A stretch of DNA of 64,000 bases. Source: Candidatus Daviesbacteria bacterium RIFCSPLOWO2_01_FULL_39_23 (GTDB taxonomy: Bacteria; Patescibacteriota; Microgenomatia; Daviesbacterales; UBA10151). The translations under genes were made by a program, and so were the position numbers. The stretch covers positions 68,893 through 132,892 of the forward strand of contig MFDN01000005.1 of assembly GCA_001776935.1 (NCBI GenBank), written 5' to 3'. The notes below the pieces were generated by a model, which worked only from the letters and a program-made list of their open reading frames with translations, was not told the DNA's origin and did no database searches. Below are positions 37,702 through 47,140 of this stretch, one piece after another (positions within the stretch are counted from its first letter, which is position 1; each line of letters begins with the position of its first letter).

Positions 37702-37959
37702 ATGTTTAATAACTGGCAGATGCCGAATTTAGGAGCAGGAATATATTTGCTGATTTTGTGGGAAATTTTTTGGAAGGGAGTGGGTCTTTGGAAATCTGCC
37801 AAAAAAGGCGACCTGATCTGGTTTTTGGCAATATTTTTGATTAATTTTTTTGGCATTATTCCCCTCTTTTACCTTTGGAAAACCAAACAATTAGACGGAG
37901 TTATTAAAGATTTTCAAAATTTCTTTAAATCGCTGTTTTTAAGGTTTCAAAAGAAGTAA
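37702..37959 (+). CDS. DUF5652-like membrane protein
   Basis: W...WKG.GLWKSA......WF......N..GI.P. Confidence 0.75.
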   Translation: MFNNWQMPNLGAGIYLLILWEIFWKGVGLWKSAKKGDLIWFLAIFLINFFGIIPLFYLWKTKQLDGVIKDFQNFFKSLFLRFQKK

Positions 37960-38592
37960 ATATTCCCTGTTCCCTGCTCCACCCAGGATTGGGGAATCAA
38001 TACAATTTACAATGTACAATTTACAATGTACAATTTTTTCCAGCACCTGATTTTTTACTCTTTCTGCAATTTCAGAAGGCAAAACACCTTTTATGAGATC
38101 TCTTTTATCAGCTTCGTAATGAGGTTTGAGTAAAGCAATAATCAAACCATCCGGTTTAAGGAAATTCTTAACAATAGGTAAAATCAGCTCCAGTTTGGTC
38201 CAGCCGGCATCAATTGTGATTAAGTCAACTCCATCCACCTCGGAGGAGTCATGGCTTCCGCTTCGCTCCAGCCTGCCACCATCCGAGGTGTTTTCAAAGT
38301 CACCTTCCAGGTGGGCTTTGACTCCTGGAAGGTGTGTCAGGCGAAGAATATTTGTCCGCTCCATTACTACTACTCTGGGATCATTGCGCAGTTTCCAGGC
38401 CAGTTCCCCATACGCAGTATCCAAAGCATAAACTTTTCTTGCTCCATTTTGCAGTAAACAATCTACAAATCCGCCTGTTGAGGAACCTACGTCGAGGACG
38501 ACGTAATCTTCAATCCTCAATTTCCAATTTTCAATAGCGGATTGCAGTTTTATTCCGCCCCGGGAAACAAATTGATTCATATCTCCTTCCAT
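37939..38592 (-). CDS. tlyA: TlyA-family rRNA methyltransferase with in-frame palindromic insertion
   Basis: FVSRGG.KL, DVGSSTGGF, LLKP..E, SPI.G..GN.E. Confidence 0.9.
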   Translation of the reverse strand: MEGDMNQFVSRGGIKLQSAIENWKLRIEDYVVLDVGSSTGGFVDCLLQNGARKVYALDTAYGELAWKLRNDPRVVVMERTNILRLTHLPGVKAHLEGDFENTSDGGRLERSGSHDSSEVDGVDLITIDAGWTKLELILPIVKNFLKPDGLIIALLKPHYEADKRDLIKGVLPSEIAERVKNQVLEKIVHCKLYIVNCIDSPILGGAGNREYLLLLKP

Positions 38593-38987
38593 CTGTCTAC
38601 TGCTTTTTTTAGCAGTTCCTTATCCTGATTAAAAGTCAACTTCTTCATGGCTTCCTCCTGCTCATACCAGCCGATATCACTAACTTCCCAGTCATGGTCT
38701 TTAATATCTCCTGAGACATATTTCATTAAAAAATAAGTCACTACTTTAAAAATCTTCACATTATTAAAAGTATAGACATATTTGGAATAACCTACCTTCC
38801 CAGCAATCTCAGCCAACACTCCACCCTCTTCCCGGACTTCTCTTAAGGCAGACTCTTCCGTTGTTTGCTCCGGATGATCAAGCAAGCCTTTAGGAAAGCT
38901 CCAATGATGATTTTGGGAATGCTGAGTCAGAAGCACCTGCCCCTTATCATTAAAAACAATTCCTCCTGCTGAAAATTCTTGTTTCAC
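38577..38987 (-). CDS. NUDIX hydrolase
   Basis: WSFPKG...ALREVREEGG Nudix box. Confidence 0.92.
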   Translation of the reverse strand: MKQEFSAGGIVFNDKGQVLLTQHSQNHHWSFPKGLLDHPEQTTEESALREVREEGGVLAEIAGKVGYSKYVYTFNNVKIFKVVTYFLMKYVSGDIKDHDWEVSDIGWYEQEEAMKKLTFNQDKELLKKAVDRWKEI

Positions 38988-39011
38988 GTTTTTAATTCTA
39001 TCTTTTTTAAT

Positions 39012-39082
39012 TGTGCCCTCGGCGGGAATTGAATCCTTCGATCCTTCGACATACTCAGGACTCAGGACCTTCGGCCCACATC
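39012..39082 (-). pseudogene. tRNA 3'-half relic with nested REP-like insertion in the T-arm
   Basis: GTGGG[CCGAAGGTCCTGAGTCCTGAGTATGTCGAAGGATCGAAGGA]TTCAATTCCCGCCGAGGGCAC. Confidence 0.6.
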
Positions 39083-39088
39083 AATCAG

Positions 39089-39162
39089 TATGCCCGAGAG
39101 GACTTGAACCTCCAACCTCAAGATCCGGAATCTTGTGCTCTATCCAATTGAGCCACGGGCAC
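39089..39162 (-). tRNA. tRNA-Arg(CCG)
   Basis: GTGCCCG/CGGGCAT, CAAGA-TT CCG GA-TCTTG. Confidence 0.95.
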
Positions 39163-39170
39163 ATATTTTT

Positions 39171-39255
39171 TGGCGGAGGGTGCAGGAGTCGAACCTGCTA
39201 GGGCTTTCACCCGATGGTTTTCGAAACCATTACCTTACCGTTCGGCCAACCCTCC
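39171..39255 (-). tRNA. tRNA-Ser(CGA)
   Basis: GGAGGGT/ACCCTCC-G-CCA, ATGGT-TT CGA AA-ACCAT, long variable arm. Confidence 0.95.
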
Positions 39256-39328
39256 GAATGCGGGTCGCATTCGTAAATGCGACACCTCCGAAAACTTGTC
39301 TTTTGGAAATTTATGCCAAGTTTTCTTC

Positions 39329-39398
39329 GGCGCGCCCGGCGGGATCTTTACTTCGTAAAGCATAGTGCACTTCGTTTGCACTATGAACGAACCCACGA
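39329..39398 (-). pseudogene. tRNA 3'-half relic with two hairpins inserted in the T-loop
   Basis: CGTGGGTTCG[TTCATAGTGCAAACGAAGTGCACTATG CTTTACGAAGTAAAG]ATCCCGCCGGGCGCGCC. Confidence 0.6.
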
Positions 39399-39406
39399 GC
39401 GCTTTG

Positions 39407-39478
39407 CGCCCCTGGCGGGAATCGAACCCACATTACGAGATCCGCAATCTCGAGGTTTATCCGTTAGCCTACAGGGAC
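39407..39478 (-). tRNA. tRNA-Arg(GCG)
   Basis: GTCCCTG/CAGGGGC, CGAGA-TT GCG GA-TCTCG, GTGGG-TTCGATT-CCCGC. Confidence 0.92.
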
Positions 39479-39536
39479 AACATGGGTATTTTAACAGAAA
39501 TCCAGTCTGAAAGCTGAAGCCTGTGACAACTGAAAA

Positions 39537-40148
39537 CTATCTATGGGTATTTTCCAGGGGGAAGTGTTTTTGTAAACCTTCTGACCATTTTTCCATCCAG
39601 CTTTTATACGGCACCTCAACATACGGCAAAAATTTGGCTACAGTTTTTTTAACTTTTTCTTCATCATGCTCTTCCAGTACCAACATAAGCTGAGCCGGAA
39701 ACCTCAGGCGCGTTTGAATATGCAAAATATTTGAACCATCTTTTTTCTTAAACCAAAAAGCATCCAGGTAATGCCAAAGGTAAAAATCTTCCCCGATAGT
39801 AATACCTTGTGTTGAAATCCTGTAAGTAACTTTATGAGGCGGCACAAAAGCCAAAACATAGGCCACAAAAGCTAAGGATAAAAGTGTGGCGATAAGTAAA
39901 AATTCCTTAGCCAAAAGCAATATTAAAACCAGCAAAATCACAATTATCGCCAAAGTGGTGTAGTAAGACCGGTCTTTTTTTCTAAAAGGACGGGATGGCG
40001 CTTCCCACGAGAGTAACGTTTCAATCTCCTCTGTCTCCATCATCTTAGGAGTAAAAAATTCATGGCCAAGATTTTCCTCAGGAGGATTTTTTGGATGCTC
40101 CTTTTTAGGAGGATTCTGCTGGTGTTTTTCAGGATTATCCTTGGGCAT
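39537..40148 (-). CDS. Two-TM membrane protein with PH-like C-domain
   Basis: W.APSRPF, two TM helices, GI.I....Y.W. Confidence 0.75.
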   Translation of the reverse strand: MPKDNPEKHQQNPPKKEHPKNPPEENLGHEFFTPKMMETEEIETLLSWEAPSRPFRKKDRSYYTTLAIIVILLVLILLLAKEFLLIATLLSLAFVAYVLAFVPPHKVTYRISTQGITIGEDFYLWHYLDAFWFKKKDGSNILHIQTRLRFPAQLMLVLEEHDEEKVKKTVAKFLPYVEVPYKSWMEKWSEGLQKHFPLENTHR

Positions 40149-40198
40149 GTTGATTTTAGTTTAACTTTAAATTCCTAAACTGTAAAGACCGATTGCTG

Positions 40199-40283
40199 CG
40201 GAGGCGGCAGGATTCGAACCTGCGAGCCCTTTCGAGCCAATGGTTTTCAAGACCATCTCCATAAACCGCTCGGACACGCCTCC
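40199..40283 (-). tRNA. tRNA-Ser(UGA)
   Basis: GGAGGCG/CGCCTCC, ATGGT-CT TGA AA-ACCAT. Confidence 0.95.
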
Positions 40284-40288
40284 TTAGG

Positions 40289-40372
40289 CGGAGGGTACAG
40301 GATTCGAACCTGTGTGACATTTCTGCCAACGGTTTAGCGAACCGTCTCCTTAAACCACTCGGACAACCCTCC
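40289..40372 (-). tRNA. tRNA-Ser(GCU) with C33
   Basis: GGAGGGT/ACCCTCC, ACGGT-TC GCT AA-ACCGT. Confidence 0.9.
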
Positions 40373-40424
40373 AGCAGGCCTAATTTTAACAGAATAGAGT
40401 TTTTCTATCTAGCCAACAGGATTT

Positions 40425-40685
40425 TTATTGGCTAGCATATTTATGCAGGATTGAAGCAGCTAAGGTTTGATAAGGAATGCCCTCTTCTATAGCTTTAGCC
40501 TTAAGTTTCAATAAATCCCTTTCTGAAATCCTTAAATTAATATTTTTATTCTTTTTAACAGTGTTTTTGGCTGCTTCTATGGCATCTTTTTTAGCTTGTT
40601 CAAAATTCTTAACCCTTTTAAACTCTCCTGCCTCAACAGCCTTGAGGATTTCTTCCTCCTCTTTTGTGAGTTCAAAATATTTCAT
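40425..40685 (-). CDS. CopG/BrnA-like antitoxin
   Basis: INLRIS..DL..LK.KA..EGIPYQTL. Confidence 0.85.
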   Translation of the reverse strand: MKYFELTKEEEEILKAVEAGEFKRVKNFEQAKKDAIEAAKNTVKKNKNINLRISERDLLKLKAKAIEEGIPYQTLAASILHKYASQ

Positions 40686-40972
40686 TTCTTCCTCCTTTCT
40701 ATTAGGTATATTTTAGTCATTTTTCTGCTTGGATAAAGAGTTTTCAAAAAATATTTCTCTTTATCTTCCACAAACGGAATCAGATAAATATAATCATCAA
40801 ACTCAATTACAAACACTTGTTGATTGGAAAATTTTTCCTTGTTGGGATGATCGATAATATCTAACAAACCACCCTCAATAATTACATTAACTAGTTCTTC
40901 AAAAGATACTCCTCTTTTCTTCTTTAATAAAACGCTTTTCTCCCTATTCCAATCAAAGTACTTCACTTTCAT
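40682..40972 (-). CDS. BrnT-like toxin
   Basis: FDWN.EK...LK..RGVSFE, FLKT.YPSRK. Confidence 0.85.
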   Translation of the reverse strand: MKVKYFDWNREKSVLLKKKRGVSFEELVNVIIEGGLLDIIDHPNKEKFSNQQVFVIEFDDYIYLIPFVEDKEKYFLKTLYPSRKMTKIYLIERRKK

Positions 40973-41005
40973 ATTTTATGACAATGTATATGTTTTGTCA
41001 ATGTA

Positions 41006-41713
41006 TTACCTGGCCAAAGTTAAAGCCCACACTTTTTTGGCGCCGTTTCTTTTTAAGACATAACAGCATTCACGCAGAGTTGAACCTGTGGTCCAGACAT
41101 CGTCAATAAGCAAAATGCTCTTAGCTATTTGCTTTTCGCTGTTGGCAAGCGCAAAGGCATTTTTGATATTTTGACGGCGGCCATGACCTTTTAATTTTAC
41201 CTGCGGCTTGGTATAACGAATACGCTTTATCGCATCACAATAGGTTAAACCTAACTTTTTGGATAAAAGTTGCCCCATCAAGGCAGACTGGTTAAAACCG
41301 CGGGAATTTTCTCTCCAAAAGTAAAGCGGCACAGAAACAACCCCCCATCCTTCCCCCCTATCTTTTTTAATCTGATCTAAAACAAAAGGCTGATATTTTG
41401 CCCAATATTCCAAAGTTATATTAACCAATGCTTCTGCCAATTCTTTTACTTTCCTGTATTTTAATTGTTTGATTGCTTCCCGGAGCGACCCCTGGTAAAT
41501 TCCCAGACTCCAAAGTCCATCAAGTGCGTATTTCCTCCCACACACCGGATGGGTTTGACCGCCCAGTGCCAATCTTTCGCACCGCGGGCAAACTAAATCT
41601 GTTTGCATAATTTCGGAAACACAACCTTTGCAAAAGTATGTATCAAATTTTTTGCAGCCAACACATCTTTTAGGGAAAAGAAAATCTAAAAACATCCAGT
41701 ATAAATAGTACAC
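41006..41713 (-). CDS. comF: ComF-family competence protein
   Basis: Double zinc ribbon, RGFNQS, LIDDVWTTGST. Confidence 0.92.
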   Translation of the reverse strand: MYYLYWMFLDFLFPKRCVGCKKFDTYFCKGCVSEIMQTDLVCPRCERLALGGQTHPVCGRKYALDGLWSLGIYQGSLREAIKQLKYRKVKELAEALVNITLEYWAKYQPFVLDQIKKDRGEGWGVVSVPLYFWRENSRGFNQSALMGQLLSKKLGLTYCDAIKRIRYTKPQVKLKGHGRRQNIKNAFALANSEKQIAKSILLIDDVWTTGSTLRECCYVLKRNGAKKVWALTLAR

Positions 41714-41910
41714 TACTTAAACCACAAAAAAATCAGTTGTAGGGTAAGAGCGAGAACCAGCAGTTGATTATATTTATTAAATCGTAACTCGCTTTTTATC
41801 TCTCTCTTACCCCCAACCTGATTAACACCCACTATATAGAAGATTTTTGATAAACAAATAATAATGGTGTAAACATCCGGTAAGAAGCCGCTTGACAAGT
41901 CCAGCAGCTT

Positions 41911-43098
41911 ATGTCTTTAATGAATATAGTGAATAAATTTAAAGCGCTGTCCAACCAAAAAGGTTTTGCCCATATATTGCTTTTGGGGGTTATCGTTGCT
42001 GGTTTGGCAGTTGCAGTATATGTGGTTGGTATTGAAACTAAAATATTCCCCAAAGCTGCTGAATTTAAGCAAAGTGTTTCCGGACCGGTTCCTGTTTGCC
42101 AAAAAGGCCTGAATACTTTCAGTTTAGAACAACCTTGCCCGGGTAGCGATCTTTACAAACAAGCCAGTTATACCTGTTTTGGCGGTAAAAGTGGTGTGGT
42201 GGGGAACAGTACTTGTCAAACACCTGCAAAATTACAAATGCTTGCTAAACAGGCTTGTAAGGGCCAGTCCAACTGCCCCTTACCTACCTCAACACCAGTT
42301 AATTTAGGTAGTTGTACAATCAGGGATGCATATACGACGCTACCTGTTTATTCTGCTCCCAGTTTAGGTAATGGTTACGCACAAATCAGTCTTGGTCAGG
42401 TTAAAGATTTAGCAGACGCAAAAGCAAGATGTACAGATGCAATTTTTAATGCCTTAATGACAAATTATTGCTCTGTCAATAACCGCCCCGCCCAATGGGG
42501 TGTAGCATTTCACACAAACCCAAACAGCTTAACAGGCACATCTTCAACCTGCGCTGCAAGTGGTTGCAATAATCATGTTTGTCCAACTTCCTCCCCAACT
42601 CCAACATCCACACCGACTCCTATTCCTACCCTAACAGGGACAGGACAAGGAACATTTGATTTCACCGTTGGCACTTATTCATTACCGATAAACGGAACAG
42701 TTACTGTTGATCAACAAAACAAAATGATTACATTAAGCTGCAAACAAGGAGTTGCAGGCTGCGCTTTTTCGGCTGTTTACCGGGCTAGAAACAGAACCAC
42801 GTCTAACCTATACCACCTCGCCATGTGGGTGGCAAATCCTTCGGGAATATCAAATCTACTCCGCTTCAATGGTTTTGATGGAATCATGACGAATGGAAGA
42901 AGCGAGCTAGATAGAATGGTAGAACCTGGACAGGAAGCAATAAACACTGCAATTAGAGTTGAAGCCCAACAGAACTTAGGAACTGCTTTGGCTTATATGT
43001 ATAGCGATGGAAAAATATGCATCTCGCCAGCAAATCCTCAGAGTTGTACATATAACGGAGGATCAAGCTTTACAATTAAGGTAGTAGTCAGCCCCTAA
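41911..43098 (+). CDS. Cys-rich exported protein with pilin-like QKGF leader
   Basis: NQKGF plus TM, many Cys, PT linker. Confidence 0.7.
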   Translation: MSLMNIVNKFKALSNQKGFAHILLLGVIVAGLAVAVYVVGIETKIFPKAAEFKQSVSGPVPVCQKGLNTFSLEQPCPGSDLYKQASYTCFGGKSGVVGNSTCQTPAKLQMLAKQACKGQSNCPLPTSTPVNLGSCTIRDAYTTLPVYSAPSLGNGYAQISLGQVKDLADAKARCTDAIFNALMTNYCSVNNRPAQWGVAFHTNPNSLTGTSSTCAASGCNNHVCPTSSPTPTSTPTPIPTLTGTGQGTFDFTVGTYSLPINGTVTVDQQNKMITLSCKQGVAGCAFSAVYRARNRTTSNLYHLAMWVANPSGISNLLRFNGFDGIMTNGRSELDRMVEPGQEAINTAIRVEAQQNLGTALAYMYSDGKICISPANPQSCTYNGGSSFTIKVVVSP

Positions 43099-43411
43099 AT
43101 TACAAATAACCACAGCTACCACAAGGTTAGGCAGCTATTTTTAGTTTGCCGCCTATTGAAACAGCCTGCATGGTGATTAAATTGGATAACATTGAAGGTA
43201 TACTAATAGTCCCCCTGCTTTGCAATCCCTCTTTAAGGTTTCTGGCATTCGCCAAGTCAGACTTGGCATCCGCCAGAGATTCTTCACTGTGCTCAGAATG
43301 ACAATGAGTAATTTTAGGATGACTCGTGGGATGTAATTGCATGTTGGGAAAGATAATACCTTAAGAAAATAAAGATAAGATATAAAAAGAGTAAGAATTA
43401 AGAAAGTAATA

Positions 43412-43830
43412 GGTGGAGATGTCGGCTTTGCAGCCGAGTCCAAAATTGTAACTTTTCAAACCTCTACAAGCTTATCCAGTTAATTTTTGTTCATCAGTTG
43501 TAACCAACTGGAAGGAAAACTAATGAATGATTGAATTGTCTTTTGTAACTTCGGATCAACCAACACCAAAATTACAGCATCCTGACTTTGTACGTACCTT
43601 AGTATTCCGTCAGAAGGAGAACATTTTCTAAGGTAACCTTTAGCTTAAGCTACTAAAGCAGGCTGTAAACCCGCGAACGGGTTAACAGTACCTGTAAATT
43701 TAGCAGCGAACTGCTTCAGGTAACGAGCAATATCATTGCCGTTTGTGTTTTGAAACCATATTTAACGCTTAAGATTTCTTTAGCGGCTTGCAGTTTTCAA
43801 AGAGCAATCCTGTCGAAACTATACATCCCC
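43412..43830 (-). ncRNA. ssrA: tmRNA
   Basis: 5' GGGGATG...TTTCGAC, 3' CATCTCC-A-CC with G3.U70, tag ORF 43645-43740 ending ALVA*, adjacent to smpB. Confidence 0.93.
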
Positions 43831-43925
43831 AGGAGTGTATATTACCACAAAACAACGCTCAAAAGCAAATCGCCAATACCCAGACAAAACATTCAACGAT
43901 CGTGGTATGTTTTGTATAAGATAAT

Positions 43926-44366
43926 TCAGGCTTTTCCCCGGAGTTCCTGCTCTACTCTGCGGGCATGATCCTGTTCTTTGATTGCTTTGCGGTGGTCAAA
44001 TTCCTTTTTACTCCTGGCCAGACCTACTTCTACTTTAAACCGGTTATTTTTTTCATAAATAGACAAAGGGATCAAAGTAGTGTTTTTACCGGAAGTCTTG
44101 CCTATTAAAGAATCAATCTGGTGCCTGTGAAGCAGCAGCTTCCTGGATTTTTGGGCATCATATTCTTTATCAGAAGCCTGATTATACATAGGGATATTGG
44201 CATTAATTAGAAAAGCTTCTCCGTTTAACACCCTTATGTGACTTTCTCCTAAATCAATTCTCCCTGCCCTGATGGATTTAACCTCAGAACCGGATAAAAC
44301 TATCCCTGCTTCAAAGTGTTCAAGAATATGATAGTTATGAAGGGCTTTTTTATTGATGATTTTCAT
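43926..44366 (-). CDS. smpB: SsrA-binding protein
   Basis: NKKA.HNY, EAGIVL.GSEVKS, RKLLLH. Confidence 0.97.
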   Translation of the reverse strand: MKIINKKALHNYHILEHFEAGIVLSGSEVKSIRAGRIDLGESHIRVLNGEAFLINANIPMYNQASDKEYDAQKSRKLLLHRHQIDSLIGKTSGKNTTLIPLSIYEKNNRFKVEVGLARSKKEFDHRKAIKEQDHARRVEQELRGKA

Positions 44367-44368
44367 AT

Positions 44369-44431
44369 GGCTATTAGCTTTTAGCTATTGGCTATTCGCT
44401 ACGAAAAGCTAACGACCAAAAGCTAACAGCT
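44369..44431. repeat. Inverted heptamer tracts (GCTATTA / AGCTAAC type)
   Basis: GCTATTA GCTTTTA GCTATTG GCTATTC GCT ... AGCTAAC GACCAAA AGCTAAC AGC. Confidence 0.7.
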
Positions 44432-46263
44432 CATTTTAGCTCTACTGAGTAAATCTTGCTTCGCTCAAGCAAATACACTTTTTTCCCTTTTTCATCTACC
44501 ACCAAATCCGTAGCAGAGCCAAATCCGCTTCCCATCATTTGCCCTTTATAGCCGCCTGTTTTTGTTAGGATCAGGAGCCGGGAATTTCCGGAATCCAAAA
44601 GATATAAATTATCCGTGTCTGATGAGACAAAAAGGCTTTTGGGGCTTTTTACCGGAGAAGGTAAACCGTCATAGGAAAAATTATCTTTGTCTCCTTTTGT
44701 AAAGCGTAATATTTCCCCGTCGCTTTTTAGCACATACACCGAAGATTCAATCTGCATTCTTATGGCATTTGCAAAATCTGCTTTTGTACCTTTGGTTAGG
44801 TATTCCCTTTTATCCGAATATCCGTCTGCAGCAGGCAGGTATTTCCAGATTTGACCTGAATCCAAAAGATATATATTTCCGGCAAAACCATAAATATCCT
44901 TAATTTCCTCCCAATCTTTATCCGCTTTGGAAACTGTAGTTGCTTTCTGTTTTGCGCTGTCCACCCTTATAATTCCTTTATCCTTTGAGAAAACAAAAGC
45001 AAAACTGCCGTTTAAAGAAGCGAAAACAGCCTCTCCTAACCCGTCTGAGCCTGCTAAAATTTGATTGCTCTTTTTTGCCATATCTACAACAACCAATGTT
45101 TTAGTGCCGGGATCCAAAAGCAGCAGTTTATCTTTGGATAAACTCATAGAGACGGCGCGGAAGTCTTTTTTAACCAAATCCATATCTAAAAATTCCGGAA
45201 AATTAGACACCTCCGCAGCCTGCAGTATTGAGGAAGATTCATTTTCAAGGGTGTTTTTAAAATTATTCGCTTCCTGGTCTTTTGGCGCAAGCACCAATGC
45301 TTTACTCACCTTATCCTTGGCAGATTCCAGCCTTTTTTTTGCCTCAGCGGGATTTAAGCTGGCCAAACCCTTAGCTCCCTCAAAATCCTCTTTAGCAGAT
45401 GCAAAGATTTGGTTAAATTGCAAAAGCTTTTCACTGTCCTTGTTAACTTTATATTTATATCCTGCTCCTGCCAGTGCAATAACAATTAAAACAATTGCTA
45501 TTGCCAGCCTCCCTCTGCCGCTTTTTGGAAAATAGGTTTTAAGTTGAGAAAACCCCCAAATGATTTTTTTGAAAAAAGCTCCAAAAACCGCCTTTATTTT
45601 GCCCGGGGAATCCGAAACTTCCTGTTGCAAAGTCTCATCTTCCTCTTTTTGCTTGCTGACAGGGGAGATTTCTACATTTTCCTCCGATATCTCCACTGCT
45701 AAAGCTGCCACCCCTTTCTCTTCGAGCTCTGAGGCGCCAATTTTACCTTGCACTTCTTCTTCAAAACTCTCCAGGGGCAATTCCAAACATTTTGTAAAAT
45801 CTGAACCCAAAAAAGCTGTTAAGCTCCTTGTAGAAAATACCAGTTTATCTCCGGCGTTTATAAAACCGGACACAAGCTGAACTGATGCCACTTTCAAAAG
45901 CGATGAGATTTTATCTGACCGTTTCAGGTAAACATCCACCTCTCCTTTGCCGATAAGATATAAAACCTTTCCGGAAACTGCTGCCAACACCAGGTCCCAA
46001 TCCGTAACCTGCTCTGAAAGTTTTTTTTGAGCCTCTGCAAAAGCTGCATCCAGCTTCTCTGCCACTGTCCCCTCGGACTCAAAATAAAAATCTTCAAGCT
46101 CAGATAAAACTTGCCTGCCCTTGGTGAAAGCATCATCACAGGTAAGTGATAACACCGCAAAAAAACTGTTTCCGTCCCGCTCGCTTGAGGTAACCTGAGC
46201 AGCTTTTTGATCTGTATTTAACCCGATAACTTGTGCAATGTTTAATTTCATAGAATTCCCCAC
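44431..46263 (-). CDS. PP2C-like N-domain, TM, and beta-propeller-like C-domain protein
   Basis: Degenerate phosphatase-like N-terminus, central TM, repeated IYLLD blades. Confidence 0.7.
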   Translation of the reverse strand: MGNSMKLNIAQVIGLNTDQKAAQVTSSERDGNSFFAVLSLTCDDAFTKGRQVLSELEDFYFESEGTVAEKLDAAFAEAQKKLSEQVTDWDLVLAAVSGKVLYLIGKGEVDVYLKRSDKISSLLKVASVQLVSGFINAGDKLVFSTRSLTAFLGSDFTKCLELPLESFEEEVQGKIGASELEEKGVAALAVEISEENVEISPVSKQKEEDETLQQEVSDSPGKIKAVFGAFFKKIIWGFSQLKTYFPKSGRGRLAIAIVLIVIALAGAGYKYKVNKDSEKLLQFNQIFASAKEDFEGAKGLASLNPAEAKKRLESAKDKVSKALVLAPKDQEANNFKNTLENESSSILQAAEVSNFPEFLDMDLVKKDFRAVSMSLSKDKLLLLDPGTKTLVVVDMAKKSNQILAGSDGLGEAVFASLNGSFAFVFSKDKGIIRVDSAKQKATTVSKADKDWEEIKDIYGFAGNIYLLDSGQIWKYLPAADGYSDKREYLTKGTKADFANAIRMQIESSVYVLKSDGEILRFTKGDKDNFSYDGLPSPVKSPKSLFVSSDTDNLYLLDSGNSRLLILTKTGGYKGQMMGSGFGSATDLVVDEKGKKVYLLERSKIYSVELK

Positions 46264-46484
46264 ACCAAAACAATTAACCCAACTGCAAAACCAACATTAA
46301 GCAAAGAGAGGGCTTTGAGAACCGGAGATACTTTGGTAATTAAGGTTTGACTCATTAAATTCACCTGTCTGACAACCACCAACGCAAATATAGCGTAAAG
46401 CACCAAAATTATCAAAATTGCAGCCTTAAGCAATATTCTTATTGACTCAAATTCAAAAGGATTAGACGGGATGGTGACTGGCAT
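46248..46484 (-). CDS. DUF5657-like small membrane protein
   Basis: Y.IFA.VVVRQV.LM. Confidence 0.65.
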   Translation of the reverse strand: MPVTIPSNPFEFESIRILLKAAILIILVLYAIFALVVVRQVNLMSQTLITKVSPVLKALSLLNVGFAVGLIVLVWGIL

Positions 46485-47037
46485 GATTTCCTCCTTTGCT
46501 GTGAATATTGTGCGTTAGATCCAGAATAAAATCAGCCACATGATGAGGCCTTGGGACATCCAACAAATCAATATTTTTAGAAGTCCCGGCTGTCTGAATA
46601 AAAACATCTCCATAATGAAAAATCGACTGCAATATTCCTCCCATGGATGATGAAGTATCTTCTACATTCCGCAGGGGTGCCATATCGATATTCTTAAAAA
46701 GAAGCGAATGAAAATCTACATCCACTATATTTTTCTCAGTTACTATAATGACATTAAAATACCATTGCAAAAAGCCTTCAAAAACAATAATTAACACCAC
46801 CAGATAGTTGACAATTAAAAATAATATTTCAAAAGTTTGGGGAATAGTCTCAAGATCCAAATTAAAAATAGGTAAAAACCTGGCAGCTATAAAAGGCACA
46901 AAAAATATTACAATAGCTGCAGTGATCCAGCCTAAATTAGTAATCGGGTGGGCCCTCAGTAAAAGAAATATCTTTTCGTCCGGATCCTGACCTTCAAAAC
47001 GGCAATTGGTAGGATTTTCTATATAAGAGGAGAACAT
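46462..47037 (-). CDS. Membrane protein with bacterial PH domain
   Basis: LLR.HP, two TM helices, YGDV.IQTAG. Confidence 0.8.
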   Translation of the reverse strand: MFSSYIENPTNCRFEGQDPDEKIFLLLRAHPITNLGWITAAIVIFFVPFIAARFLPIFNLDLETIPQTFEILFLIVNYLVVLIIVFEGFLQWYFNVIIVTEKNIVDVDFHSLLFKNIDMAPLRNVEDTSSSMGGILQSIFHYGDVFIQTAGTSKNIDLLDVPRPHHVADFILDLTHNIHSKGGNHASHHPV

Positions 47038-47053
47038 TAAGGAAAGTATATCA

Positions 47054-47138
47054 TAGAGATAAATAGAAATATGCTTCGCGAAATAAATTGAAATTTCAAT
47101 AAATTTCTACCTGTTTCTATGTATATCTACAAGTTTCT
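47054..47138. repeat. Inverted tracts with ~10-nt period
   Basis: TAGAGATAAA TAGAAATATG ... ATTTCTAC CTGTTTCTAT GTATATCTAC AAGTTTCT. Confidence 0.55.
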
Positions 47139-47140
47139 GC

